From NCBI GenBank assembly GCA_965224025.1, contig OZ245033.1:2880001-2944000 (forward strand): DNA of 64,000 nucleotides, given 5' to 3'. The notes under the pieces are model-generated. The model had not been told where the DNA came from. It made no database searches and saw only the letters and a program-made list of their open reading frames with translations. Shown here piece by piece: positions 1 to 10,282 of this stretch. Position 1 is the first letter of the stretch, and every line of letters starts with the position of its first letter. Source of the stretch: Candidatus Multivorans sp. (lineage in GTDB: Bacteria; Acidobacteriota; Thermoanaerobaculia; Multivoradales; Multivoraceae). Made by a program: the position numbers and the translations under genes.

Positions 1-92
1 AGGCTCATCTCACATGGGACAAGGCTTACCGCGGCTTCTCGCTTCAGCGCAAGCTACGATCCTCGCATGGACCCCTATCTCCGGGCACTCCC

Positions 93-3000
93 TTGAGAAC
101 ACGGCTTCGCTCGCAGTTCAAGTGCGCCAGCGCCAGTTCCTTCAGATTGATCCTCTATCTTGCTCCGCTGGGCTTGGCGAGCCTTCTTGCCGCCGGGAGC
201 GTCTCGGCCCAATCCGCGGCACCGCATTCCACCGTCACCGGAACGCTGGTCGAAGAGAACGGCGATCCGGCCAGTGGCTTCGAGGTCCTGCTGCGGCCGT
301 ACCCGGCGAGGTATCAGCACCAGCTTCATGACCTATCCGGCCAAGACGCGCTGCCGCCGGCCGTGGACTGGCTCCGCTCCGATGCGGCCGGCGCCTTCCG
401 TCTATCCGCGCCGCGGGAGGGACCTTACCGGCTGGAGATTCGGCCCGCCTCGACCGGCGAGGAACCAGGGATCATTGTCGCTTCCGTCCACTACCCGCTC
501 TTACCGCTGGCGACGCCGGTTGCCCTTGAGCCGATTGAGGTGCCGGCTCTAAGCCGATTGACGATTCGGGTGTTTGATGGCAACGCCGATCCGGTCCGGG
601 GCGCGCTGGTGATTGTCGATCCAGTGCCTGAACCGTCGAAGCGTCACGTTCACGCCCATGTTCCGCGCCGCGAGCAGCCGCAGCGGCTCTACCTGAACTT
701 CGGCACTGCTGGGGGCCGCACCGACACCGGAGGTCTCGCTCGATTCCTGATACCGACCCGGGAGGCGGACATCGTCGTCTCGGCACCCGGCTTTGGCCTG
801 CACCGCGGCCGAACCAGAGCCTCCCGCGCCGTCGTCCGGCTCGACCGCGAACCGGGCGTCACGTTTCACGTCCGCGGTCCGAGCGGTCAACCTGCCGAGG
901 GAACTCTGGTTCGCCTGCGGAGCGGAGGCGAGGCGCCCCTCGGATGGACCGACCGCAGCGGCGAGATCCTGGTCGCCGCCGGCGCAGACCGCAGAGCGAC
1001 GTTCGAGTTCGAGGCGGCGAACGGCGCCTTCGCCACGTTCCCGGCGGGTTCACACCCGCCGGCGGAGGCCCTGGTAGAGCGAGTCGTCGAGGTGCGGCTC
1101 GCTCCTCCGTTCGTGGTCGCCGGCCGGACGATCGACGCGCATTCGGGCGAGGGCGTTCCCGGCGCGGCAATCTGGCTTCGCACCGATCCTGGAAGGCACA
1201 CGTTCGCGGATCCGTTCGGGACCTTCGCCCTCGGCGCGGGCTTTCAGGAGGATCTGGACCTCGGCGTCGCCGCCGCTGGGTACCGGTTTGCAATGGCTTC
1301 GGTGACCGGCGGGTTTCGGAGTGCTGTGGAAGATGCGCACATCGGACTGACGCCGGCCGCCCTGCTCGGCGGCTGGATCGTCGACGTCCTGAACCGGCCC
1401 GTACCGGGCGCGAGCATCCGGGCCGAGCCAGGCGGCACGGACGCGATGTTCGCCTTGCCCGGGAGAAGCTCGGCACGCGTCACATCGGGCCCTGACGGTT
1501 CGTTCTGGATCGCGGACGCGCTGCACGGCTTCCGCTATCGGTTGATCGTCGAAGCCCGGGGCTACGCCTCGTCGCTGCACCAGCTGCAACCGTTCGCTCC
1601 AGGCGCCGCTCCGGTGCCGGTGCGTGTCGTGCTGACGGCGGGGCGGCAACCCTGGGGCACTATCGTCGACCTGGAGGGAAACCCCGTGGCGGAGGCCCGG
1701 GTCCGGCTGGCCTGGCCGTCAGGCGACCCGGAGATCGAGCCGAGCCAATGGGCCGAGAAAGCGACCGAGCCGGCAGTCTCCAACGGGCTCGGCGAGTTCG
1801 AGTTTCCACACGTTGCACCCGGACTCTACGGCCTCGATATTGCGCATCTGGACCACATCGAGCTCCAGGGAAAGGTGGTCGACGTGCCGCCCGGGGAAGG
1901 CTACTTCGACCTGGGGGTCTTCGCGTTGGCGGCCGGCGCCGAGATGCACGGCCTCGTAGCGGACGTAGATCGCCGACCCGTGGCCGGTGCCACGGTCAGT
2001 ATCACGCAGCGGGGCCAGGCCCTGTCTCGTCACGTCCGAACCGCGGTCAGCGGCGACGACGGGGGCTTCCGGTTGGGAGGACTCCTGCCGACCCTGGGCG
2101 ATCTTGCGGCAAGCGCCGAGGGCTACGCGCCGACCGTCGTGGAATCGGTGAGGCCGTCGCCCCGCGAGGACGTCCTCGTCGAGCTGGCGAGGGGCGCATC
2201 CTTGGCTGGGCAGATCCTGGAAACCAACGGTAGCGTCGCTGCAGGCGTCGAGGTCGTCCTGTCGCTCGCGCAAAGCACGTTCCGCGTCCCGACCGGGCTG
2301 AGCGGAGACCATTCCCACAGGCGGACCAGAACGGACGGCGGCGGCAGCTTCCTGCTCGAGGACATGATCCCCGGAGTGTGATCCGCCAAGGCCCAGGACG
2401 AGGCGAGAAGGGCGTCGGTCGAAGGCATCGAACTGGCGCCGGGAGAGCTGCGCGAGATCGAGCTGCAGCTGGGAGAACTGGAGCGATTGACGGTCCTCGT
2501 CACGGACCGCGTGGGGGCGCCCGTGACCGACGCCGACGTCACCGTGGAGCCCCAAGGCCCGAAGAGAGAATTCGGCCGAACCGACGCCGGCGGTCGGGCG
2601 CACCTCGTCGCCGCCGCCGGGCCGGCGGAGGTTGAGGCGCGCCACCCGAGTTCCTGAACCAATCGCAGGAGATTCGGATCGGGAACGGCGAAAACGAAGT
2701 CCACCTGTACCTCGAACGAGGCTGGGAGATCACCGGCACGGTGTCGTCGACCGACGGTGGCCCGCTGCCGGGAGCCGTGGTGCGGGCGGTCAAGGCCGCG
2801 CCCGAAGAGGCCGGCGAGTGGACGGCTGAGTGGAACCGTGCGATGCGATTCGCGCCGCCCGCAGCCCGCGCAGTGTCCGACGGCTCGGGCCGGTTCCGGT
2901 TGAGCGGGCTGGGCGGAGGTCGCTACAACCTGATCGTCAGGCTGTCAGGCTACGCGGATGGCGAGTCGACCGAACCGATCGAGATCCGCGGTCAGTCCGT

Positions 3001-3535
3001 CGCCGGCATCGACATCGTGCTGGCGCCGGGCAGCTCGCTTCGTGGCGCGGTGACCGGCCTCGGTTCCGCTGAACTCGCCAGCGTCGAGGTCGGAGCCTGG
3101 CAAGGTGCCCGGTTTCGGAGCGCCTCCCCCGATCTTGAGGGCAGCTTCGAACTCGCGGCTCTTGCGCCCGGAACGTGGCAGATCGCGGCGAGGAGCGGCG
3201 CGAGGAGATCCGAGGAGATCAGCGTGACCCTCGAACCAGGAACGGGCGGCTCGTCCGTGGAGCTCCGCTTCGCCCGCGGATTCCTGCTGAGCGGACAAGT
3301 CCTCGTCGCAGGCCAGCCGCCGGCCGGCGGATTCGTCAGCGCACGGTCAGGCCAAGGCCGCGTCACACGGGCGAGAACCGATCACGAGGGGAGGTTTGAG
3401 ATGGAAGGACTGCCGGCCGGCATCTACGAACTGAGCGTACGGCACGAAGGCGGCTTCACCGCCGAGCACGCGGTCGACCTTCACGGCGACCAGTACGGTC
3501 TGCCGATCCACCTTCTACCGGCGGAGGAGCAGTGA
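93..3535 (+). pseudogene. Secreted carboxypeptidase-regulatory-like (Cna-B/prealbumin-fold) repeat protein, disrupted
   Basis: Signal-like N-terminus and many 'GxVxDxxGxPVxGAxV...TDxxGxFxL' repeats. In-frame TGA at 2379-2381 with the same frame continuing (SAKAQDEARR...), and a frameshift near 2648 leading into ORF 2741..3535. Confidence 0.75.
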
Positions 3536-4448
3536 AGGGATTCTCCTATCGTTGGTTCGCTGTTCCCCGAGCCGTCTACGCCGCGGCCCGTGAGACCCTC
3601 GTTCGACCGTCGACGTGGCGTTCGTCGCTGTAGCGCTCGTCGTGTCGCAGCACCGCCCAGGCGATCCGCGCCAGCTTGTTGGCCACGGCCACCGTGGCGA
3701 TGCTTGCTTCCCGGCGCCGCTTGACGTCCAAAGCCCATTCCTTGAGCCTCGTCCGCTCGCCCTTGTGAGCCGTGCGCAGCACCGCCCGCGCACCGTGGAT
3801 CAGAAGCGCCCGCATGTAACGGTCCCCGCGTTTGCTGATTCCCGGCAGCACCGTGCGCCCGCCGGTCGATTCCTGACGAGGCACCAGCCCGAGAAACGCC
3901 GACATCTGACGACCGCTGCTGAATGCCCAGCCCGAGCCCACCGACGCCACCAGCGCCGTCGACACCATCGGACCGATGCCCGGGATCGACATCAGACGCT
4001 CGCACAGCGGGTTCTCCTTCGACTCCCGCTCAAGCATTGCCGTCAGATCGGCCACCTGCTCGTCGACCTGCATCAGCGCCTGGTGCTGCATGCACAAGAG
4101 AGCCCGAAAGTCGCCCGGCAGGTCCCGTTCCGGGTCCGTAGCGATCGCAGGCACCTCCCGCATCACCACCGCCACGCCCTGAGGCAGCCCGATCCCGTAC
4201 TCCCGCAGAAAACCACGCAACTGGTTCGCCAACCGCGTGCGCACTCCCACCATCGTCTCCCGACTCCGGTGAATCTGCTGCAGCGCCCGACGCTCCTTCG
4301 TCTTGTACGGCACGAAACGCATCGTCGGACGAGACACCGCCTCGCAGATCGCCTCCGCGTCGTGGTAGTCGCTCTTGTCCGATGAGGTGGTCCCGGAAAA
4401 CTGGACAGGTGGCTAAGGTGTACTCCTCGACCTAGAGGAGGAGCCAGG

Positions 4449-4730
4449 ATGAAGAGGAAGCGTCGGAAGTTCACTGCGGCTTTCAAGTCGAAGGTGGCGC
4501 TTGAGGCGCTGCGTGAGGAGAAGCCGCTCGCGGCGATCGCATCGCGGCACCGGATTCACCCGAATCAGGTGAGCAGTTGGAAGCGGAAGGCGATCGAGGG
4601 GATGAGTGAGACCTTCTCGGCCGGGCCGGAGCGGCGCCGGGACCACGAGGAGGAGATCAGGGACCTGCACGCGAAGATCGGGGAGCTGACGATCGAGCGG
4701 GATTTCTTGTCCAGGGGGCTCGGGCACTGA
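4449..4730 (+). CDS. IS3 transposase OrfA (HTH)
   Basis: RRKFTAAFKSKVALEAL...IHPNQVSSWK...KIGELTIERDFL. Confidence 0.92.
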   Translation: MKRKRRKFTAAFKSKVALEALREEKPLAAIASRHRIHPNQVSSWKRKAIEGMSETFSAGPERRRDHEEEIRDLHAKIGELTIERDFLSRGLGH

Positions 4731-4750
4731 GCCGGACCGAGCGCCTGCGG

Positions 4751-5617
4751 ATGATCGAGCGGGAGACGGGTGACGTGAGCTTGAGTCGGCAGTGCCGTCT
4801 GCTCGAGATCAGCCGTTCCTCGCTGTACTACCGGCCCAAGGGCGAGAGCGCCGAGACGCTGGCCCTGATGCGCAGGATCGACGAGCTGTTCCTGCTGTAC
4901 CCGTTCTACGGTTCGCGTCAGATGGTCCGCCACCTTCGCCGAGAGGGCGTTCGGGTCGGTCGTCACCGGGTGCGGCGTCTGATGCGGTTGATGGGTATCG
5001 CGGCGATCTACCGGGCGCCGCGGACCAGCAAGCCTCACCCGGAGCACAAGGTCTATCCCTATCTGCTCAGGGGGCTTTCCATCGAGCGTCCGGATCAAGT
5101 CTGGTGCTCGGACATAACGTACATTCCGGTGCGCGGCGGGTTCCTGTACCTGGTGGCGGTCATGGACTGGGCGAGCCGTCGGGTGTTGTCCTGGCGGCTG
5201 TCGAACAGCCTGGACGCATCGTTCTGCGTCGAGGCCTTCGCCGAAGCCCTCGACCGGTACGGCAAGCCGGACATCTTCAACACGGATCAGGGGAGCCAGT
5301 TCACGAGCGGCGACTTCACCGGTCTTCTCGAGAACGCGACGGTGAAGATCTCGATGGACGGCCGGGGTCGCTTCCTCGACAACATCTTCATCGAGCGCCT
5401 GTGGCGCTCGCTGAAGTACGAGGCGGTCTACCTGAACGAACTCGTCGACGGCATCGAGGCGCGGCGGGTGATCGATGGGTGGCTCGCCTTCTACAATGAG
5501 GAGCGGCCACACACGGCGCTCGGCGGCAGGACACCTGCCGAAGCCCACCGCGGACTAATGGGCATTCCGCAGAATCGAGAGTTTTCCACAGCCCCGGCGA
5601 CGGCGGCTGCGGCGTAA
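4751..5617 (+). CDS. IS3 transposase OrfB (DDE integrase core)
   Basis: VWCSDITY, FNTDQGSQFT, DNIFIERLWRSLKYE motifs; -1 frame relative to OrfA. Confidence 0.95.
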   Translation: MIERETGDVSLSRQCRLLEISRSSLYYRPKGESAETLALMRRIDELFLLYPFYGSRQMVRHLRREGVRVGRHRVRRLMRLMGIAAIYRAPRTSKPHPEHKVYPYLLRGLSIERPDQVWCSDITYIPVRGGFLYLVAVMDWASRRVLSWRLSNSLDASFCVEAFAEALDRYGKPDIFNTDQGSQFTSGDFTGLLENATVKISMDGRGRFLDNIFIERLWRSLKYEAVYLNELVDGIEARRVIDGWLAFYNEERPHTALGGRTPAEAHRGLMGIPQNREFSTAPATAAAA

Positions 5618-5886
5618 TCAACACATGGAGTACACCTTAGCCCGGCCTCGAAACTGTCCAAAGGACCGGGACCACCTCACGACTTCACGTACGCACGCAC
5701 AAACTGAGGACTCATCATCCGCACGTCGTGACCCAGCTCGCGCAGCTTCTCCACCCAGTGGTGCGCGCCGCAGCTCGCCTCCATCCCCACCAGGCACGGC
5801 TTGAGCCGCGACATCAGCTTCATCAGCCCCGGCGCCTTCACCTGACGCTGCAACACCACCGACCCCGACGAGTCCATGCCGCACAC

Positions 5887-6020
5887 CTAGCGAGGCTTCG
5901 CCTCAGACCGACGAGCATGTCCTTGCGGCATCCGCTGTCCCCTGCAGGCGACGTATCGATGCATGGCTCTGGCTGAAACTTGCCTCAACTGTAAAGACCA
6001 CGCTCGTTCAAGGAATCTAG
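5887..6020 (+). mobile_element. 130-bp non-autonomous mini copy of the adjacent CTAG-bounded element
   Basis: The first 34 bp are identical to 6017-6050. The last 46 bp match 7819-7864 (22 identical + 11 variable + 13 identical). About 54 bp of unique filler lie between, with no ORF. Confidence 0.85.
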
Positions 6021-7864
6021 CGAGGCTTCGCCTCAGACCGACGAGCATGTACTGGGCGGTGTCTGGTTGTGGGTCTGAGCTTGATCGGACCCCGGGCGCT
6101 GCTCCAGCCGCGGAGAGAATCCGCCTCGATAGTCGCTCATGGGCGAAGGTGGCCGTATGCTGGCCGGTGAGGAGCCCATCGACCGGAGTCCGTCCATGAA
6201 GGTAGCACGCAGCGTAGCCGAGGTTCTTTCGGATCACACGTCGTTGACGCTTGAGAGCGTCGACAGGATGTACCTCAACGTCTATGTTCCGCTGCTTCAG
6301 CGGGGCGTCGGCGCGGCCTGGTTCTTCCGGGAGTTGCAGGGCTGGCAGGTGCCGTCGTCGGTACTGATGGCGCCGATGACGAGGCGCTTCGTGGCGGCGA
6401 TCAAGGGCTACGCGAGGCAGCACCGGGTCGAGATCGTCTCGTTCCGGCGCGGCGAGCGGAAAGACGACCGTACCCGGGAGTTCCTTCGCCAGTGGCGCGG
6501 TGGGGAGGGTGTGCTGTACATCGGCAAGGCCCAGGAGAAGGCTCGGGTGTTGCGCTCGCGGCGCCGCCAGAGTTCGTCGGGCGTTTGGTATCCGTGGTTG
6601 ACGGACTCGACGGCGATGGTGAACCACTACTACTTCTACGCGTTCGACGATGACTTCGGTCCGTTCTTCGTGAAGTTCTGCTCGTACTTCCCGTACAACG
6701 CGAAGCTGTGCATCAACGGCCACGAGTACCTGAAGCGTCAGTTGAGCAAGCGGGGGATCAGGTACGAGTCGCTGGACAACGGCATTCTGCACTGCTCGGA
6801 CCCGGAGGCGATGCAGCAGTTGGCCGACAGCCTCGACGCGGACAGGATCGATGCGCTGCTGCGCAAGTGGCTGGCCCGACTGCCTCACCCGTTCGCGGCC
6901 CGGGACAGGCGGCAAGGCATTCGCTACGACCTGTCGATACTTCAGGCCGAGTTCGCCTTGACCCAGGTCTTCGACCGTCCGTTGCAGGGCCGGGTCTTCT
7001 TCGAGGAGGTGATGCGGGAAAACCTCGACATGGGTCGGCCCGAGCACGTTCAGTTGATCTTCGACCGGCGGATCACCCGCCGCACGCCCTCGGCGTACCG
7101 CACGCGCGTCATCACCTCGGGAGTGACGCCGTCGTTGCACGTGGACTACAAGCACTCGCGGATCAAGCAGTACTACAAGGAAGGGCGCGCCCTGCGCACC
7201 GAAACGGTGATCAACGACACCTACGACTTCGATGTCGGTCGCCGGCTGAGAAACCTCGATGATCTGAAAGGATCGGCTTCGCCGCCAATCGACGCCTGCT
7301 CGGCGTCCAACGTCTCAGCCGCGACTGCATGATCGGAGCCCAGGTGCTCGACGACCTGCACCGTCCGACCTGCGCCAACGGCCAACGCGCTTCGGCACTC
7401 CGCTTCGGCGACCAAAGAGTGCAGGGCCTGTTCGCCGCCCTGCTGCGGTTCAACCTGCTGCCGCAGGGCTTCCGCAATCGCGACCTGCGCCAGACCGTGG
7501 CCGGGTTGTGCGGACTCCAACCGGAGGACTACGGGCCTTCCCGCATGACCTACGATCTGCGACGCCTCCGTCTGCGGGGAATCATCGAACGGATTCCCCA
7601 CACCCAGAGGTACCGGCTCACTCCCGAAGGACTCCGCATCGCTCTCGCCTACCACCGAACGCACGCACGAGTGCTCGGACCTGTCCTCTCGGCCACCAGC
7701 GACCCGGAAGCCAACTCGAAAATCCGCAGCGCTCTTGCCTCCTATGATCGCGAGCTCCAGAGAGCCTGGATCGGACAACCGCTCGCAGCATGAACACCAG
7801 CGCGGGTAACTTGCCGCAGAAACTTGCCTCAACTGTAAAGGTCACGCCTGCTCAAGGAATCTAG
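6017..7864 (+). mobile_element. Unclassified IS-like element bounded by CTAG, no terminal inverted repeats
   Basis: Both ends are defined by duplication in the mini copy. CTAG at 6017-6020 and 7861-7864. Subterminal hairpin GAGGC-TTC-GCCTC. One long gene inside. Confidence 0.8.
6196..7793 (+). CDS. Putative transposase: Rep_trans-like core plus C-terminal winged helix (one frameshift near 7270)
   Basis: ILQAEFALTQVF and SLHVDYKHSRIKQYYKEGRALRTETVIN motifs. After the 1-nt gap the frame reads IGFAANRRLL...GFRNRDLR...MTYDLRRLRLRGIIERIPHTQRYRLT (wHTH). Function is inferred from context. Confidence 0.65.
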
Positions 7865-8313
7865 ATGGCTCGCGGGCCCCTGCCACTCCTTGCCTGCCCT
7901 TGAGACAGGAAGGTGTCAATCTGCCGCAGCACCACCTCCGGGTCGCCCAATGCGCACTCCCAGACAGTCAGCACGCGCCAGCCGATTTCGACCAACTTGG
8001 CCACGTTCTCTCTGTCTCGTTCTCGTGTGCGCACGAGCTTTGGCTTCCAGTAGCCGAGGTTCGACTTCGGCAAGGTAGCAATCGGGCGTTCAGGATCCGG
8101 ATGCCAGTGCCAGAAGCAGCCGTTGACGAAGATCACTGCGCGATGTCGTGGGAAGACAAGGTCCGGCGTGCCGGGCAGATCGCGCCGATGCAGCCGGAAA
8201 CGGTAGCCGTGGCGGTGGACCATCGAACGGACCGCACTCTCGGGCCGCATGCCCTTGGATCGGATCTGGGCCATGCAGCGCGCGCGGTCGACGGGGCTTG
8301 GGTTGTCGGTCAC
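7861..8313 (-). CDS. vsr: Very short patch repair endonuclease
   Basis: MAQIRSKGMRPE...GYRFRLH...LPGTPDLVF...IFVNGCFWH...GWRVLTVWEC. Its TAG stop coincides with the element's right CTAG. Confidence 0.9.
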   Translation of the reverse strand: MTDNPSPVDRARCMAQIRSKGMRPESAVRSMVHRHGYRFRLHRRDLPGTPDLVFPRHRAVIFVNGCFWHWHPDPERPIATLPKSNLGYWKPKLVRTRERDRENVAKLVEIGWRVLTVWECALGDPEVVLRQIDTFLSQGQARSGRGPRAI

Positions 8314-8319
8314 TTTGGC

Positions 8320-8780
8320 TTGGGTTTGTGAGCCGCGACCATCAAAGCCTGCGCGGCCTCTCGACCGACCAGCCTGTCTGGCGTCTGCTCGGGCACCGCA
8401 TCGAGCAGCAGAACACCGCCACGTCGGTTGAGCGCCACCGTCGATCGGTTCCCAGCCGTTCGATGAGAGAATCTCCAGATTCCGATGTGGTATCCGCGTC
8501 GAATCGCCCGCTTCCTCGATTCTCAGTTCGACTCGGCCGCCCTCTTCCGGTAGGGAGCTGAGTTCCAGGCGCGTTCGATTGCCTCCGACTGAAAGCAGCC
8601 GCACGTCCCGGACGGCAATGGCGCTTCCCCTCGCGACGCCGCCTCGAGCGCCCGTACCGCCCGTTCTCCTTCGCCGCCTCCGATGCCGGTTCCTCAGTCC
8701 CCTGGTTCTCGCCCTCGCCACCACCAACCTCGTGGCCTGTGTCGTCGCCGTCCCCTCCTTCGGCGTGATCCGTGTCCCGG
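8320..8780 (-). pseudogene. C-terminal fragment of an unidentified protein
   Basis: Protein-like stretch (AIAVRDVRLLSVGG...VELRIEEAGDS) without a start, upstream of vsr. Confidence 0.3.
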
Positions 8781-8786
8781 CCGACC

Positions 8787-9937
8787 TCAAACGCCCCAAA
8801 CGGTCACGGGCCGTCCGTCGAGATCCTTCTCGCGGCGGAAGATCTCCTCCTCCCATGGCTTGTCCTCGGAGCGGTCGAACACGACGAGGTGCCCCGACTC
8901 GGCCCGGCAACGATCCATGTAGTCGATTGTCTGTTCGAGCCCCTCGCGAATCGTCGCGTCGACGCTGCCGCGGACGATCTTGCACTCGACGACGTACCGG
9001 CGCGGTGGCTGGGCCGCTTCACTGCCGCTGCCGAGGCAGTCCGGCGGCCAGACGATCAGCAGGTCCGTACGCCTTCGCCCCAGGCCGTATTCGCGCTCGA
9101 TCCGGCCGCCACCGTTCACGATCCGTTGCAGGAACGCCTGCAGCAGCAATTGGGGCCCCGCCTCGCGGTACTCGAAGCCCAGTGTTCCGAGTGTTCACGG
9201 AAGAAGCGCTGGAACGCGGCCAGCAGGGCTTCGACGTCCAGGTCGCCGTCGGCCTTGACGTACCACCCAGTCTCCTGAACCAGCCCTTCCTGGGCGGCGG
9301 CGGTCAGTTCGCGCGGCATGACTTCGGCATAGATCGGATTCGCGATCCGCAACGGACTGTCGCGGGCGACCAGCCCCAGGTCGCGGACGTACTCAAGGTC
9401 CCGGGCCGTGAAATCCGGCTCGTCGCCGCCGCTCAGCAGGGGCGCCACTACCCGCCGCACGCGGGGCTCCCGCAGCTTGTCCGCGAGTTGATCGAGATGG
9501 GTCTGGCGGCCGACGATCAGCGCTTCCTGGGCCTCTGATATCGCGTCCTCGTCGATCCGCTGCGAGCGGTTCCGTCCTGCCTTGTCCCCAAAGCACGCCT
9601 GATACGCGAGCGCGTTGACCAGCCAAGGTTGGCCGCAAGTCTGCCGCCACACGGCCGCGACCGCCTCCTCCGCGAACTCCTGGCCGGTTGCCTCGGTGTG
9701 CTGGCCGAGCAGGGCTCACACGTCGTCCGCCGTGAGGTCCCCCAGCCGCAGCGACTCCGCCTTGATATTGAAGGCGCTGCCGCCGGCGATGATCTCGCCC
9801 CCGGATTCGGAGTGGATGCGGTAGTCGCCGCTTCGGTTCAACAGATCCTGCAGAGCCAGCAGGGCCGACGTCTTGCCCGTCTGCCGCGGCGCGTGCAGCA
9901 CGCAGTAGCGGCGCTCGCGGATCAGCCCGAACTCCAC
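8787..9937 (-). pseudogene. AAA ATPase with C-terminal PD-(D/E)xK-like domain, internally deleted
   Basis: Walker A HAPRQTGKTS joined directly to RIHSESGG...AFNIKAESL; internal TGA at 9716-9718; frameshift near 9180; C-terminus IEREYGLGRRRTDL...VVECK. Confidence 0.8.
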
Positions 9938-10190
9938 TGGCGGACCCCGCTCAGGCCGACCAGCACCACGACCGGCATCGTGACCAGGGGTATGAAGATC
10001 ATGATCCGCGGCGAACGCCGGAGGATCTGGCCGCCGCGGGCGGCGTAGATGCGCTGGATCGCCTGGGGATAGACGGCGCCCGAGAAGCCGACCAGCAGGA
10101 TGGTGCTCAACCAGTAGCGGCTGTGCTCCGCGTCGGGCAGAGCCGTCATCTCGGGCCGGTTGGTGGCCACCATTCCGTCAGAGCACCCAG
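9922..10190 (-). pseudogene. Sodium:solute symporter fragment
   Basis: LVGFSGAVYPQAIQRIYAAR between hydrophobic segments. Confidence 0.6.
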
Positions 10191-10282
10191 ACCGCCGGTG
10201 CTGTGAATCACCGCCGCCACCAGGCCACCCAGGCCGAGCAGCAGGAGCAGGCCCTGGATGCAATTCGCGAACCGACTGGGAC

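Larger units (their letters stand above)
4383..5679 (+). mobile_element. IS3-family insertion sequence
   Basis: Imperfect terminal inverted repeats TGAGGTGGTCCCGG...CTAAGGTGTACTCC / GGAGTACACCTTAG...CCGGGACCACCTCA, TG...CA ends, 3-bp target duplication CGA (4380-4382, 5680-5682), orfA/orfB layout. Confidence 0.95.
3576..5886 (-). pseudogene. IS110-family transposase, interrupted by IS3 and 5'-truncated
   Basis: N-part 5680-5886 (VGMEASCGAHHW...VRAYVKS) joins in frame to DKSDYHDAEAICEA...SIPGIGP...FLGLVPRQESTGG...ISKRGD...VAVANKLARIAW once the IS3 is removed. Confidence 0.92.

Noticed and set aside
2379-2381. TGA recoding / alternative genetic code (in-frame TGA here and at 9716)
   Set aside because: Many intact genes end in TGA and use TGG for Trp. 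Both cases lie in genes with other lesions, so nonsense mutations are the simpler explanation.
3536-3575. IS110 bridge-RNA / element end
   Set aside because: Only 40 bp separate the two stop codons and the 5' non-coding end is deleted, so no structure can be supported.
4700-4751. OrfA/OrfB frame offset as a novelty
   Set aside because: Standard IS3-family organisation.
7861-8985. 374-aa extended Vsr fusion
   Set aside because: The upstream part crosses unrelated fragments; the Vsr domain starts at GTG 8313.
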